Assembly: GCA_964016885.1 (NCBI GenBank)
Contig: CAXHJY010000151.1
Coordinates: 204,001-268,000 of the forward strand
Length of the DNA: 64,000 bases
Reading direction: 5' to 3'
From: Eledone cirrhosa
Taxonomy: Eukaryota
The translations under genes and the position numbers were made by a program. The notes beneath the pieces were generated by a model. The model had not been told where the DNA came from. It searched no databases and worked only from the letters and a program-made list of their open reading frames with translations. The first letter of the stretch is position 1; each line of letters starts with the position of its first letter. Of this stretch, positions 34,301 through 48,400 are shown one piece after another.

Positions 34301-36142
34301 CTTTTGATATATCGGAGATATCTTTCTGAAAATCACACCACACACTCCCAATGAGTGTCTGCACATGTACCAGTAATTACAGATGGATCCCACCACGGGC
34401 GGCCGGCCCACGATCGAAAAGGTTACTCCGAAGCACACCATTCGCCGGCGGAATTCATTTAGCATGGGCAGTTTTTCTCGAAAATCACACCACACACAGC
34501 CAATGAGTGTCCGCACATGTACCAGTAATTACAGATGGATCCCACCACGGGCGGCTGGCCCACGATCGAAAAGGTTACTCCGCCTGCAAACGGTCATTTT
34601 CGAATTCGTTTTCTTCGAAGCACACGATTCGCCGGCGGACTTCAGCTGCCTCATTTAGCATGGGCAGTTTTTCTCGAAAATCACACCACACACAGCAAAT
34701 GTGTGTCCGCACATGTACCAGTAATTACAGATCGATTCCGGTGAAAATTCACTGAAAACGGGCCATTCGGCCCTGTGCGTCGATCGTGGGCCGGCCGGAT
34801 GTTGACGGATCGATGTGTAATTAGAAGTACATGTGCGGACACTCATTGGCTGTGCCTGGTATGCATTTCAGCAAGATATCTCCGTAACATCAAGAGTTAT
34901 GGCTGTGGAGGCACACCTAGTCAAACGTAAACAAGCTCTGGAGTGTATACGCTTCGCGATTTTGTTTACGTTTGACTAGGTGTGCCTCCACAGCCACAAC
35001 TCTTGATGTTACGGAGATATCTTGCTGAAATGCATACCACGCACAGCCAATGAGTGTCCGCACATGTACTCTAATTACACATCGATCCGTCAACATCCGG
35101 CCGGCTCACGATCGACGCACAGGGCCGGATGGCCCGTTTTCAGTGAATTTTCACCGGAATCGATCTGTAATTACTGGTACATGTGCGGACACACATTTGC
35201 TGTGTGTGGTGTGATTTTCACGAAAAACTGCCCATGCTAAATGAGGAAGCTGAAGTCCGCCGGCGAATGGTGTGCTTCGAAGAAAACTAATTCGAAAATG
35301 ACCGTTTGCAGGCGGAGTAACCTTTTCGATCGTGGGCCAGCCGCCCGTGGTGGGATACATCTGTAATTACTGGTACATGTGCGGACACACATTTGCTGTG
35401 TGTGGTGTGATTTTCGAGAAAGACTGCCCATGCTAAATGAGGAAGCTGAAGTCCGCCGGCGAATGGTGTGCTTCGAAGAAAACTAATTCGAAAATGACTA
35501 TTTGCCGGCGGAATCACCTTTTCGGTCCTGGTCCGGCCGGATCTTGTCGGATCGATTCGGACATATGTGCATCGTGTTCGCAAGGCCCTTGTCTATGTGT
35601 GGTGTGATTTTCATAAAGAAATTCTGAAAAACCCAGTTTTAAATCTGATTTCGCCAAAGAATTTTGGGTATCAGATCGGGTTGAAAGGTATGGTTTCAGG
35701 TCGATCTGAAAGTTTAAAATGGAATTCACTCGGTTAGTTAACTTTTGATATATCGGAGATATCTTTCTGAAAATCACACCACACACTCCCAATGAGTGTC
35801 TGCACATGTCCCAGTAATTACAGATGGATCCCACCACGGGCGGCCGGCCCACGATCGAAAAGGTTACTCCGAAGCACACCATTCGCCGGCGGACTTCATT
35901 TAGCATGGGCAGTTTTTCTTGAAGATCACACCACACACAGCCAATCAGTGTCCGCACATGTACCAGTAATTACAGATGGATCCCACTACGGGCGGCTGGC
36001 CCACGATCGAAAAGGTTACTCCGCCTGCAAACGGTCATTTTCGAATTCGTTTTCTTCGAAGCACACGATTCGCCGGCGGACTTCAGCTGCCTCATTTAGC
36101 ATGGGCAGCTTTTCTCGAAAATCACACCACACACAGCAAATG
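31318..36142. repeat. Palindromic higher-order satellite, array 2 (1584-bp period; last unit internally deleted)
   Basis: Inversion centres at ~31780, 33364, 34948; same sequence as array 1. Confidence 0.96.
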
Positions 36143-36189
36143 AGTTTAAAATACTCACCGTTTGATTTGGAAAAACTTAAAATGCTCAC

Positions 36190-36216
36190 ATATATATGTG
36201 TATGTATTTATCTATG

Positions 36217-36264
<48 letters not shown>

Positions 36265-36349
36265 TGTATTTATCTATGTATTTATCTATATGCATGGATA
36301 TATATATATATATATATATATTTATCTATGTATTTATCTATATGCATGG

Positions 36350-36381
<32 letters not shown>

Positions 36382-36702
36382 TTATCTATGCATGTATGAA
36401 TATATAAAATATATATATATATATATGTGTGTATGTATTTATCTATGCATGTATGAATATATAAAATATATATATATATATATATGTATGTATTTATCTA
36501 TGCATGTATATATATATAAAATATATACATAAATATATATATATATGTATTTATCTATGCATGTGTGCATACATATATATATATATATGTATTTATCTAT
36601 ACATGTATGTATATATATATATACATATATATGTATTTATCTATACATGTATGTATATATATATATATATATATGTATATAAGTATTTATCTATACATGT
36701 AT

Positions 36703-36735
<33 letters not shown>

Positions 36736-36765
36736 AGTATTTATCTATACATGTATGTATATATA
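36190..36765. repeat. AT-rich compound microsatellite (gtatttatctatgcatg(ta)n)
   Basis: Directly visible. Confidence 0.93.
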
Positions 36766-36849
36766 AAATATTGTCATGTTTACAAAAATATTTTTCTAAT
36801 ATCGTGTTTAATATTTTATATTGTCGTCTGCTTCTCTTCTCACGTGGTT

Positions 36850-37280
36850 ACTTACTCTCTCACCCTCTCTCTCTTTCCCCTCTCATACAACCCCTTCTTT
36901 CTCTTTCTTTCCCCTCTCACACAACCTCTTCTTTCTCTCTCTTTTTGCCAGTCCCTTCTCTCACTCTCTCTCCCTCTTCCTTTTTTATCTCTTTCTTTCT
37001 GTCTCTGTTTCCCTCCTATAGACATTCTCTCTCTCTCTTTCTGCTCTCACTCAGCCTTCTCTCTCTCTCTCTCTCTTTCCCCTCTCACACAGTCTTCTCT
37101 CTCTCTCTTTCCCCTCTCACACAGCATTCTCTCTCTCTCTCTCTCTCTCTTTCCCCTCTCACACAGCATTCTCTCTCTCTCTCTCTCTCTTTCCCCTCTC
37201 ACACAGCATTCTCTCTCTCTCTCTCTCTTTATTTCCCCTCTCACACAGCCTTCTCTCTCTATCTATCTATCTCTCTCTCT
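36850..37280. repeat. CT-rich minisatellite (ttcccctctcacacagcatt(ct)n)
   Basis: Directly visible. Confidence 0.9.
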
Positions 37281-38269
37281 GGAGATTTTTTAACACAAAG
37301 TCACACAAGGATTAGAAAAATGGCGATAATCACTTTGAAAGTAACAATTATGCAATAAATAGTTGTTATTGCCACGTCTCGTATCCTCCTTTGGCAATGT
37401 GTAAAATGTTAGCGAGATCGAGTGAACAATACACAAGTTATAATACTTTACAGACGGGACTTATACAGTAGATGTAGCAAAATGCGTAGATTACGATTCT
37501 TGAGACGAGATTAAAATATACGATTATGGGATACTTTAAGAAGACGAGTAGATGTTTGAGTAGATTTAGCTGCTTTTTCTAGCATTTTTAGTTATACTTT
37601 GAAGCACATTTTTTTTGTTACTATTATATTAAAAGTTATCTGGTTACGTTATTTGACTGGTATTTCTAGCATTTTACAAGGACCACGTGTGTGTTTTATT
37701 TAAGGAAGATCTAGTTGTTATTTCTGATATTTTCTTCATCAAGTTAGTTGCTATTTCCTGCATCCTCTTGAAGACAAGAAATAATAATGAATTAGCTGCT
37801 GTTTCTAGTAGGTTCTATGGTAGTGATGAGCGTGGGAGGGAGGTTTGACTGCTATTTTTAGCAGGTTCTAAGGCATTGAGGTTTATGTTTTACGAGAGAT
37901 TTGGCTGTTATTTCTAACATGTTATAATGGAGAGAGAGAGAGAGTATAAGATATACAGAGAGAGGGAGTATAAGATATAGAGAGAGGGGAAACGGCCGAT
38001 GTTTACGTTGAGAAAACCTAATAAAATGTTATAAATGGGTTTATAAAGAATAGAATGAGATAAACAAGACAAAGTTAGATAAAATAAATCAGCTGTAAGG
38101 ATATTATACGATATATTTATAATATTTTAATATATTTTTCCTGGTCGTCTGCTGCCATTGATAGAGAGAGGAGTGGTGGGAGGTAGCCATAACAACCGTG
38201 GTAGCAGCACTGAGGTTTGTTTTTAAAGAAGTGAATACAAGAAAAACAAGCAACTAAGAATATTAATCT

Positions 38270-38881
38270 CTTAAACCCTTCAAGATGTGTATGACAAGAA
38301 AGAAGACGTTTTAGAGTCGTATGACATAGATGATAACTGGAAATTCTTACGTGACAACTTACTGCAGGCTACTGAAGAAACTTGTGGCTGGAGCAGAGCT
38401 CCGACCAGACAGAGAGTGACCTGGTGGTGGGACAACACGGTAGATAAGGCCATTAGAGACAAAAGACTAGCATGGAACACTTGAAAAAATGGTGGGAGTA
38501 GAGACCGATACACAGCTGCTAAGAGAGAAGCTAGACGTCAGATGTACTTAGCACGCACGGAGGCTGAGAGTAGGAGGTTTGCCAATGTTCTGTGATGGGA
38601 AGATCAGAGGCGTGCGGTGTTCCACATTGCAAGGCATGGTGTCAGTGTAAATCAGGATGTTGTTGGAGATAAGTGTATCCGGAATGATGCCAGTGTACTT
38701 GGTGTCACGAATGATCAAAAAAAGGAGGCCTGGAAATATCATTATGAGAGGCTGATGAATTGTGGAGAATGAATGGGAGAGAGGGAAACTATCCCCAGTA
38801 GACTCAACAGAGGGACCAGCTATTGAGATTGGGGAATATAGGGTACAAGAGGCAATTAAGGAAATGAAGAATGGCAAGGCT
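38270..38881 (+). mobile_element. Decayed RTE-type LINE fragment
   Basis: WKFLRDNLLQATEETCGW...VTWWWDNTVDKAI and VQEAIKEMKNGKA; ends at the piggyBac-like MITE. Confidence 0.8.
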
Positions 38882-41711
38882 ACATTTAACCCTTTAGCAT
38901 TTAAACCAGCCATACCTAGCCAGAATACTCTCACATCTTTCTGTTCAAACCAGCCATAACTGGCCACTCATACTGACGTTAAGGTATTGTTCTCAATATA
39001 AATAATATCAAAATCTCATAGATTCGATATTATATGAGATAATTATGTAAGATAAAGCCTTTACCACAAAAATACAATAGTATATATAGAGTAATAAAAA
39101 TGCTAAAGGGTAAAAGTAGCTTATTATTTTGTGAGCTCTTGCTACTTATTGCTCTTGTGCATCAAGAACATACACAGCTTACATTTTGTTGCTAATCTCA
39201 CTGAGATCCAACTACATCTCTTGTTTATCCATAGTTTGGAATTTCTACCTACTCCTTTCCTTTAGAATGATCAAGGCCATTTTCTTGTGGGGATCTAGGC
39301 CCTGTTTTCCTTTCTATTTTGCCAAGTTATCTTACATCACTTTCATTCTAGACCATGCTTCCAGGTTTGGAATTTCTCCTCTAATTTTACCACAGATTAA
39401 GTGACAAGGGTTCAATCATGTGCATACAGGAGTTCCCATGGACAGCCAGTAATATGTAATAGCCTGCAGGATGATAATAAACAGAAGAGGGTTAATTACA
39501 GAGCCCTGATAGAGGGTTAATAACAGAGCCCTGATAGACTTGTTCACTCAACTCCTCACTATAGCCATCATTACTTTTAACCTTACTGACTGCTCCTCCA
39601 TACATGGCTTTTACTGCTCTCACAAGCCACTCATATACCCCTAGTTTTCTAAGTTATACACCAGATTAGGGAAGGGGGAAGTCTCACAGAAGCTCTCTCT
39701 GGGTCAACAAATGCCAAGTAGAGGGGCTTATTTTAGCTAGGTACTACTCTTGCAGTTGCCACACAAGGAAGAGGACATCAGTGGTACTTTTACCTGGCAC
39801 AAATCCAAACTTCATCTCATCTAGGTTAACTTGGTCCCTAATCAGCTGTGTTATAAATCTAACACCTTCATGAAGTGGTCCATCTAATATCTCTATAGTT
39901 TTCTAGCTCTAGTACATCTCCTTTGCCCTTGTAGCAGTTGATGATGATGATACTACACCATTTATTTGGTATGACACCATTTTGTATTACATGCTGTACG
40001 ATACCAGTGGTTAAGATGTGACCCACCATCCCAGATACTTTCAGTATCTCAGCAACTATCACCAATGGACAAGATACTTTCTCTGTCTTCATATCCTTAA
40101 TTACCTTACTTCATATCCTTAATTACCTTACTGCTTACTTGTATGGCTGGACCCTCTGTTGGGCCCACTTTCCGTAGACTATCTTCCTCCCATGCATTCT
40201 CCTCATTCAGTAATCTTTCATAAAGGCATTTCCATGTTACAAAGGTTGGCTGAAAAGTTCATAGACTATCAATGATAGCATGATGCTAGAGCTGTGAAAT
40301 CTTGCCTGCATTAATTTCAACTCTTCTTATTAATAACTGCATTGTTTCCTTCCAGGGACTATGTTGAAAAATAAACCTCATTTGGTCATTCCATGAGTGT
40401 ATCTTGGTCTGCCTATGAACTTTTCAGCTGACCCTATTCAGCATCAGTGAGCCCAAATGCCCCATTATCATCCTGGACACACTTTACCCCAACATCACAA
40501 TTTGCCCTCACACACTGCCTCACAATCCTGAACATCTCATGTATTTCATCCTCACATCATAAAACCAACTGAAATTATATATTCTCTGCTTCCCTCCTTG
40601 CAAAGAATACTTCTTGCCTAGCTTCCTGTAGTGTACCCTCCAGCTGCCTCCATTCTGCCATTATTCCATGCCTGTCTCTTGGCCTTAACTGTCTCATCTA
40701 CCCTAGTGTTTCACCACCAAGATACTCTCCTCTCTGAAGCCCTGCTCCAGCCACAGATCTAGTTTGACACCTTCAGCAAAGGTTCTTTAAGGAACTCCCA
40801 CTGTTCCCCTATATTGTATGTTTCTATTTGTTCTTCCTTACTGTTGTAAAGATCAAACAAAATATCTCTAAATTTGGAACTGGCTGAGGGGTCCTTTAAC
40901 TTCCATATCCTTCTCCTCCAAGTTGCCCTCAGTCTTCAAGTTCATCTAAGTCTATGAAATCACTAACTACTGGGTTATGTTGGGAGGTGCATTCTTCCCC
41001 AGGGGGTGGGGATTGTGTGTTTACAAATGTCAATATCTCATCTTCTGGTGAGGATAAAAATCTGACTGGCATGCTCCTCTGACCAATAGGTGTTGAAGTG
41101 GTTGTCGGGTAAACGTTAAGACCCTCTGATATACATATATATATATATACTAGCAGTGGTACCCGGCGTTGCACGGGATAACGTATTTCGGAACGCGGGC
41201 CGCCATCTTCCACTTCAGCCGGTCGCCCTAAAGTGTTGGCTATTCAGTCTACTTGAGGCCAGTTGGTGAGGGGGGGTAAAGCTTTCAGTGTGCTACTACC
41301 CTCACGGTCAAATAGAAAGGGAGAGGAAGAAAAGTCAGCGTTAATATCGTGCTACACGTTTGAAAGGTTGGATGACCTTAGAGTTCACCAGGGTGGGGGG
41401 TTCTAAAAGTATCTATCTTGGTATTTTATCTTAGAAGTAATCATTACAGAGTGTACTGGGTGTATTTTAGTGGGCAGTAATTCCATAAAGAACACAGTAT
41501 AATCTGTGGACACAAGCCTTGCAGTGTGATTACAGGCAGGTTAATGGGAAAGATAGATTATATATGTGACATGATGTACATGAGAAGTGAGGACACAGAC
41601 CACACATGAAATAGATTCCTACAACTGTCAGGGAGGCTCCCTAGAATTACAGATGACATATTTCAATATCTCGGTGATCAAGTTAGCAGTGGAGGAAGAA
41701 TCTCTAAAAGT
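38882..41711. repeat. 2.83-kb direct duplication, copy B (MITE 38890-39110, RTE fragment, MITE 40240-40439, Helitron-like end 41149-41209)
   Basis: Matches 28488-31317 at offset 10394. Confidence 0.95.
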
Positions 41712-42270
41712 GTAATACCCAGGATAAGGACAGGCTGGAAGAAGTTTAGAGTACTGTTCCATCTGTTGACAACAAAGGGCTTCTCTCTCAGAATGGAGGC
41801 TAGACTGCTTGATACTTATGTGTGGTCTGCAATCTACACCCCAGCCATGCCCCTTCCACTACCACTCCTTAGCTATTTCTCTCCATTAATACTCCTCACA
41901 TTTCAAGCAGTTTTCTCATCTCAATGAAAGAAAAATATTGGGCTCAAGAGAAGTCTTCAGTTATGCCATGGTGTGGCAACCTCCCTAGGGTTGGGCAGAG
42001 TGTAAATGAGAGTGAAATTAGGTATGAGAGGGATCATATGCAGTATACAAGAGAGTAGATTACATTGGTATGGTCATGTGATGGGTATAAAGGATGACAG
42101 CTGTATAAAAATGTGCTGGGCAATCAAAGTTGATGGAAGTTATGAAGGCGGAAGACCCAGGATGACCTGGGATGAGGTGATAAAAGATGACTTTGCACAA
42201 TTGCAACTCTCAAAGACAATGACACAGGATAGAGATCTTGAGATGTATGCAGCAATACAGAAGGCCTGCT
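41510..42270 (+). mobile_element. Decayed RTE-type LINE 3' region
   Basis: RLHWYGHV...GRPRMTWDEVIKDD RTE C-terminal signature; YLGDQVSSGG-like segment upstream. Confidence 0.8.
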
Positions 42271-42369
42271 TTCCAATGTGCACGGACTCAAACATACATC
42301 TAGTAGGCCCCTCCTAACCACTATACTCCTTTCCAAACTCCCACACTCCCACTTCTGTACACACCACCT

Positions 42370-43082
42370 TTAGACTGTAAAGTGGTAGTGTACAAGTCAC
42401 AACAAAAGCACCCAGTCCACTCTGTAAAGTTGATGTGTTGGTGTCATAACAAAAGGCACTCAGTCCACTCTGTAAAGAGGTTGTGTAAGTGTCACAACAA
42501 AGACATCTAGTCCACACTGTAAAGTGGTCATGTAGGTGTCACAACAAAAAGTACCAGTCATTATTGTAAAGTGGTTGTATAGGTGTCATAACAAAAAGCA
42601 CCCAGTCGACACTGTAAAGTGGTTGTGTAGGTGTCAGAACCAAAAGCACCCAGTCCACACTGTAAAGTGGTTGTGTAGGTGTCATGACAAAAAGCACCTA
42701 GTCCACACTGTAAAGTGGTCATGCAGGTGTCATGACAAAAAGCACCCAGTCCTCACTGTAAAGTGGTCATGTAGGTGTCATGACAAAAAGCACCCAGTCC
42801 ACCCTGTAAAGTGGTTGTGTAGGTGTCATGATAAAAAGCACCCAGTCCACACAGTAAAGTGGTCATGTAGGTGTCACTAAAAAAGCACCCAGTCTACTCT
42901 GTAAAGTGGTCATGTAGGTGTCATGACAAATAGCACCCAGTCCACCCTGTAAAGTGTTCATGTAGGTGTCATGATGGAGAGTAACCAGTCCACAATGTAA
43001 AGTAGCCATGTAGCTGTCACAACAAAGCACCCAGTCCACACTGTAAAGTGGTCATGTAGGTGTCATTTCAAAAAGCACCCAG
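42370..43082. repeat. 48-bp minisatellite (~14 copies)
   Basis: aaaagcacccagtccacactgtaaagtggtcatgtaggtgtcatgaca; 16-aa periodicity in the overlapping ORF. Confidence 0.92.
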
Positions 43083-43159
43083 GTCCATGGCTTGGCCTGC
43101 TAACCGACGCTATACCCAAGTCGGTCGCCATGCTTTCCAGCATAGAGTTACGTCTCTTT

Positions 43160-43270
43160 ATGGTCTGAGTTCAAATCACGCCGAGGTTAACTTTGCCTTT
43201 CATCCTTACGGGGTCGATAAAATAAAGCACCAGTAATGTACTGGGGTCGATTTAATCGACTTTCCCCTCC
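43160..43270 (+). mobile_element. tRNA-derived SINE core
   Basis: B-box-like GAGTTCAAATC followed by the core found several times in the window. Confidence 0.75.
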
Positions 43271-43312
43271 TCTGCCAAATGACACACACATGCATGGTTC
43301 GGGGGAACCTAC

Positions 43313-43374
<62 letters not shown>

Positions 43375-44249
43375 GTAGGTCACTGGTTGAGTCGGTATTA
43401 ACCACAGTAACTAAGGTACTCAATACATATTAGATATAGGTGTCTTTCTAATTGCTGGCCTTGTTCATAAGGTATACACAAGTATGATGTGTGTCTGTTT
43501 AACTGTACGTGTGAAAACATCGCGAAATTGCGCCTTTTAATATTTGAATATAAACAGTTAAAAAATAATTATTTTAGTAATTTTTAAATATCGATAATGT
43601 GTATATAAATATTAGAAATCAATTTAATTAGTTCAGTAACATTACTCGGAGTTAAGATAAACCTTCATTTGAAGAAATTCGAGATTTGACCAAATAAATA
43701 GATTATGTGATCAATAAAAAAAATATGTATACGCGCTTGAACGACGGGTTGCAGACAGTCAGGCATACAGACACATATTTTAAAGCGTGCGACGTTAAAA
43801 GTGTTACTCTCTCTCTTTTTAGATAGATAGACTTAATTAAAGCAGTTTCACTCTCTCTATATTTCATCAGCTCTCTCTTAAATTGAAAGATTCATTAAGG
43901 CTGAAATAATCTAAACAGTAACATCATTTTTCGCCAGCTCTAGCTTGCGTCCAGAGATATACACACACATATATATATATTTTTTTTGTTATCGAGTTGA
44001 GCTTTGCCAAGCATAGAATTCCAAATTTGACCATCTCCACTGAAAATGTTCGTGAAATAGTCTTTAAGAAGCAATTTAATTTTTTCCAACTGAAACTGTA
44101 AGTATTTTAAAATTTATTTCAACATGGTCTTAAAAGATTGTTGGCTTTTTTTAAATTCATAACTATTTACTATGAAATATAAATTATTAAATCCAATTTA
44201 TTTGATAACCATGATTTGATTTTATAATTACCTGAATCACGTTAACATG

Positions 44250-44296
<47 letters not shown>

Positions 44297-44549
44297 GTGT
44301 GTGTATATATATATATATATAATAATTGTTTCTACGTTACGCAGTGTATTACTGGTACTGTATTTTACGATATTAAATATTAAATATTAACTATTAGATA
44401 TTAAATATTAAATATTAGATATTAGATATTAAATATTAAATATGATATCCCTGAAATATATATAATGAAATAAATATGGTTTTATAAATGTAATTTCCAT
44501 TTGTTTAATACCAAATATATATATATATATATATATGTATTTATGTATA

Positions 44550-44609
<60 letters not shown>

Positions 44610-44835
44610 GCAGACACAGACACAGAATATCGTATATATCACACACACACAATTAAGATTTGACGTGTTGCAGACAGCCAGACATACAGAGAGATATTTT
44701 AAAGCGTGCGACCTTAAATGCCTTACTCTTTCTCTTATCAAAAGAGAAAGAGTAATGCTAACACTTACGTCTACTTCACGCTCTCTTGAACCGTTACAGA
44801 AATTGCATCACATCTAATTATAACTTTGTACGTTT

Positions 44836-45463
<628 letters not shown>

Positions 45464-48400
45464 ATAATAATAATAATAATAATGAAATGATTGTGTACAG
45501 TGCTCAGGTGCACTACAACTCATCAAAGGTGCATGTATAGTACATAGAATAATGTACAAATGTCAGGAAAATAAACAGTGTATGAGTCATGATATAATAA
45601 CAATAACAATAATGAAATATTGTGCACAGTGCCCAGGTGCACCACAACCCATCAAAAAAGTGCATGTACAGTACATAGGGCAATGCACAAACATCAGTAA
45701 AATGAACAGTGCACACATGTGTGCATGTGTATGGAAGGGGCACATCAGGTGTAGTTTTGGCGTATTTCGGGAAGCATGAGTGTCTTAAAGGATGCAGTGT
45801 CTCGGCAGCTAACAATTGACGCAGGCAGTTTGTTCCATGTTTCAGCAACTCTGAGCGTGAAAAAATGTCTGCGAAAGTCATGGGAGCTGTGCTGTTTTCT
45901 TATCTTGTAGGCATGTCCACGTGTGTTAGACACATGGAGATCAAAGAGGCGCTCAGGGTTGCAGTTGGCGAGATGGTTAAAAACTTTGTGGGTATTCACC
46001 AAGTCCACTGCCAGATGTCGGAGCTTCAATGAATCCATGCCCAGGGAAGCAAGGCGTTCAGAGTATGGTAGGTGTCTGATGGAGGGTATGCGCTTGGTTG
46101 CACGTCTCTGAACAGCTTCCAGGAGGTCAATGTTCCGAGCAAGATAGGGGTTCCAGACTGATGATGCGAATTCCAAGTGTGGTCGCACCATAGCTGTATA
46201 CAGTTTTAAATAGATGGCTGGAGAGCGGCTAACAAAGGTCTTGCTGAGTGATGCCAAGACACCCTCGGCCTTCTTGACAATCTTAGAGACATGCTTTGTC
46301 CAACGCAAATCGTTGCCGACAGTAATGCCCAGGTCACGTTCACAAGAGGACTTTTTGATGTCAGTGTTGTGGAGGGAGTATGTGGACGCTGGATTTTTCC
46401 TTCCAAAATGCATGGTGGTACACTTGTCCACAGCCAGCTTCAGTTGCCAGTCTGTGATCCATTGCTGCATTGTGTCCAGGTCTGATTTTAGGAAAGAGTT
46501 GTAAATTTCAGGATCAGTCCTTTTGATTTCAAGGTACAGCTTGATGTCATCTGCATATTTTAGTACCGTGGCATTCTGTAAGTTGGCATCTATGTCATTA
46601 ATATATGCCACAAACAAAAGAGGACCAAGAACAGATCCCTGTGGTACACCAGATGACATCTCATATGGTGAAGAATGCTGTCCTAGAACCGTGACTACTT
46701 TCCTTCGGCTGAGAATGAAGGATTTCAGCCAGTCGAAAAGATCATCCCTCACACCCATTGCAGAGAGTTTTGCCATAAGTCTTTTGTGTGGCACAGAATT
46801 AAAAGCCTTAGCAAAGTCAAGGTAAACAACATCCACCCATGAGCCGCTGTCAGTGATCCGGGTGATGTCCTCAAGGAACTCGATAAGCTGATCACAGCAG
46901 CTGGAGTTAGGGATAAATCCAAACTGTGAGGGCCGGATGAGGCTGTGAGAGCTCCAGAAGTTCCAAAGTGTTTCTCTGACACAGGATTCCATCAGTTTGG
47001 CCATACAGCTAGTAAGACTGACTGGACGATAGTTGACAGGTGACATGCGGTTGCCCTTTTTGAACAGGGGAATGACACTGGCAGTTTTCCACTGCTCCGG
47101 AGTAGCACCATTGCTGAGACAGTATTGAAAGAAAAAAGAAAGCTGGCGCAAAAGGAAATCCCCGCCACGTTTGAGAAGCAGGTATGTCACACCATCAAGA
47201 CCAGGGGAGGCATAGTTGCGCTTATTCTTAAGGTGACGTCGCAACATTGCAGGTGTAAATTCCATAGTTGTTATGGAATTTGATGTTAGAGATGGTGGAG
47301 ATGGTACATTCTGGTTTTCAACAGTAAAAATACTTGCATAGCACTCAGCAATGAGTTCTGCGCATTCCTTGGGATCGTCAGTGATCTGGCTTGTGTGGGG
47401 ATTGCGAAGAGGACCAACTGGAGAGTGAGGTCTCTGCTTTGAATGAACATATTTCCAGAACACCTTACTGTCAGGATTGGTTGCGATGCACTGTTCAAAT
47501 TCAAGCACTGCCTTCTTTGTCACTTGCTTGAGATGGTTAGAAGATTTATTCCGCTTTTTTCTGTTGGCATCTGATCTATGCAGTTTATATTCCCGTTCAG
47601 CGTTCCGACGTTCTTTCCTGGCAAGTCGGACTGCTGAAGTTTCCCAGATTGCACTTTTGGGGTGGTTATTTTTCCGCTTCCGTGGCACTGATGCTGCACA
47701 CGCTATCCATATTGAGTCCAGGATGCTCTGGAGTATAGAGTTCACATCTCCAGAGTTATACATCTCATGCCAGTTTGGGCGCTGTAGCTCAGTGCAGTAC
47801 AAGTTCCAATCCGCCCTCTTCCAATCAAAGCAAGCAGATTGGAGATGGCTCTGGTTTTTGTTGCTGCCCTCAAGTGCCAGATTGGCAATGATCATAGCAT
47901 GATCAGAGTCGCCTAGAGGTTCCTCAGTAGTACAACTGATAACCACTTCAGGAGTAGTGGTGAAGATCAGGTCCAAAGTGTTGTCACCTCTTGTTGGAGA
48001 GGTGACTACTTGTGACCAGTTTGAGTCCAGCACTAGTTCAAGGAAATCGTTTGCACCCTGTGGCCAACGAAAGGTTTCCCAATCGATCTCAGGATGATTG
48101 AAGTCACCTGCAATAAACACATAAGTGGCTGTTTTCTTGGCAGCAACTCTGAGGATATCGCAAAGCTGTGTGTCCTGATGGTAGTTTGGGGGGCGATAAA
48201 CAACACCAAGCAGAAGTGTTGACATGGTCATACGTATGTCACAGAAAAAAACTTCTTCCTGTGATTCGTTCAAATCAACGCAAGGAATTACCGAAAAGTT
48301 TGAACGAACGTAGACCATCACACCACCACCACGGCGGTTAATGCGGTCCTTGCGGAAAAGGTTGTACCCAGTAATGGTGAAAACCCCATCACAGAGTAAG

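Noticed and set aside
21393-34516. 194-270-aa ORFs in the 1584-bp satellite
   Set aside because: They recur because the DNA is repeated, overlap on both strands, and show no protein motif.
42536-42880. Cys/His-periodic ORF resembling zinc fingers
   Set aside because: The 16-aa period comes from the 48-bp minisatellite, the spacing is not C2H2, and the frame is broken in flanking units.
43160-43270. tRNA gene
   Set aside because: There is only a B-box-like motif within a multi-copy SINE core, with no cloverleaf.
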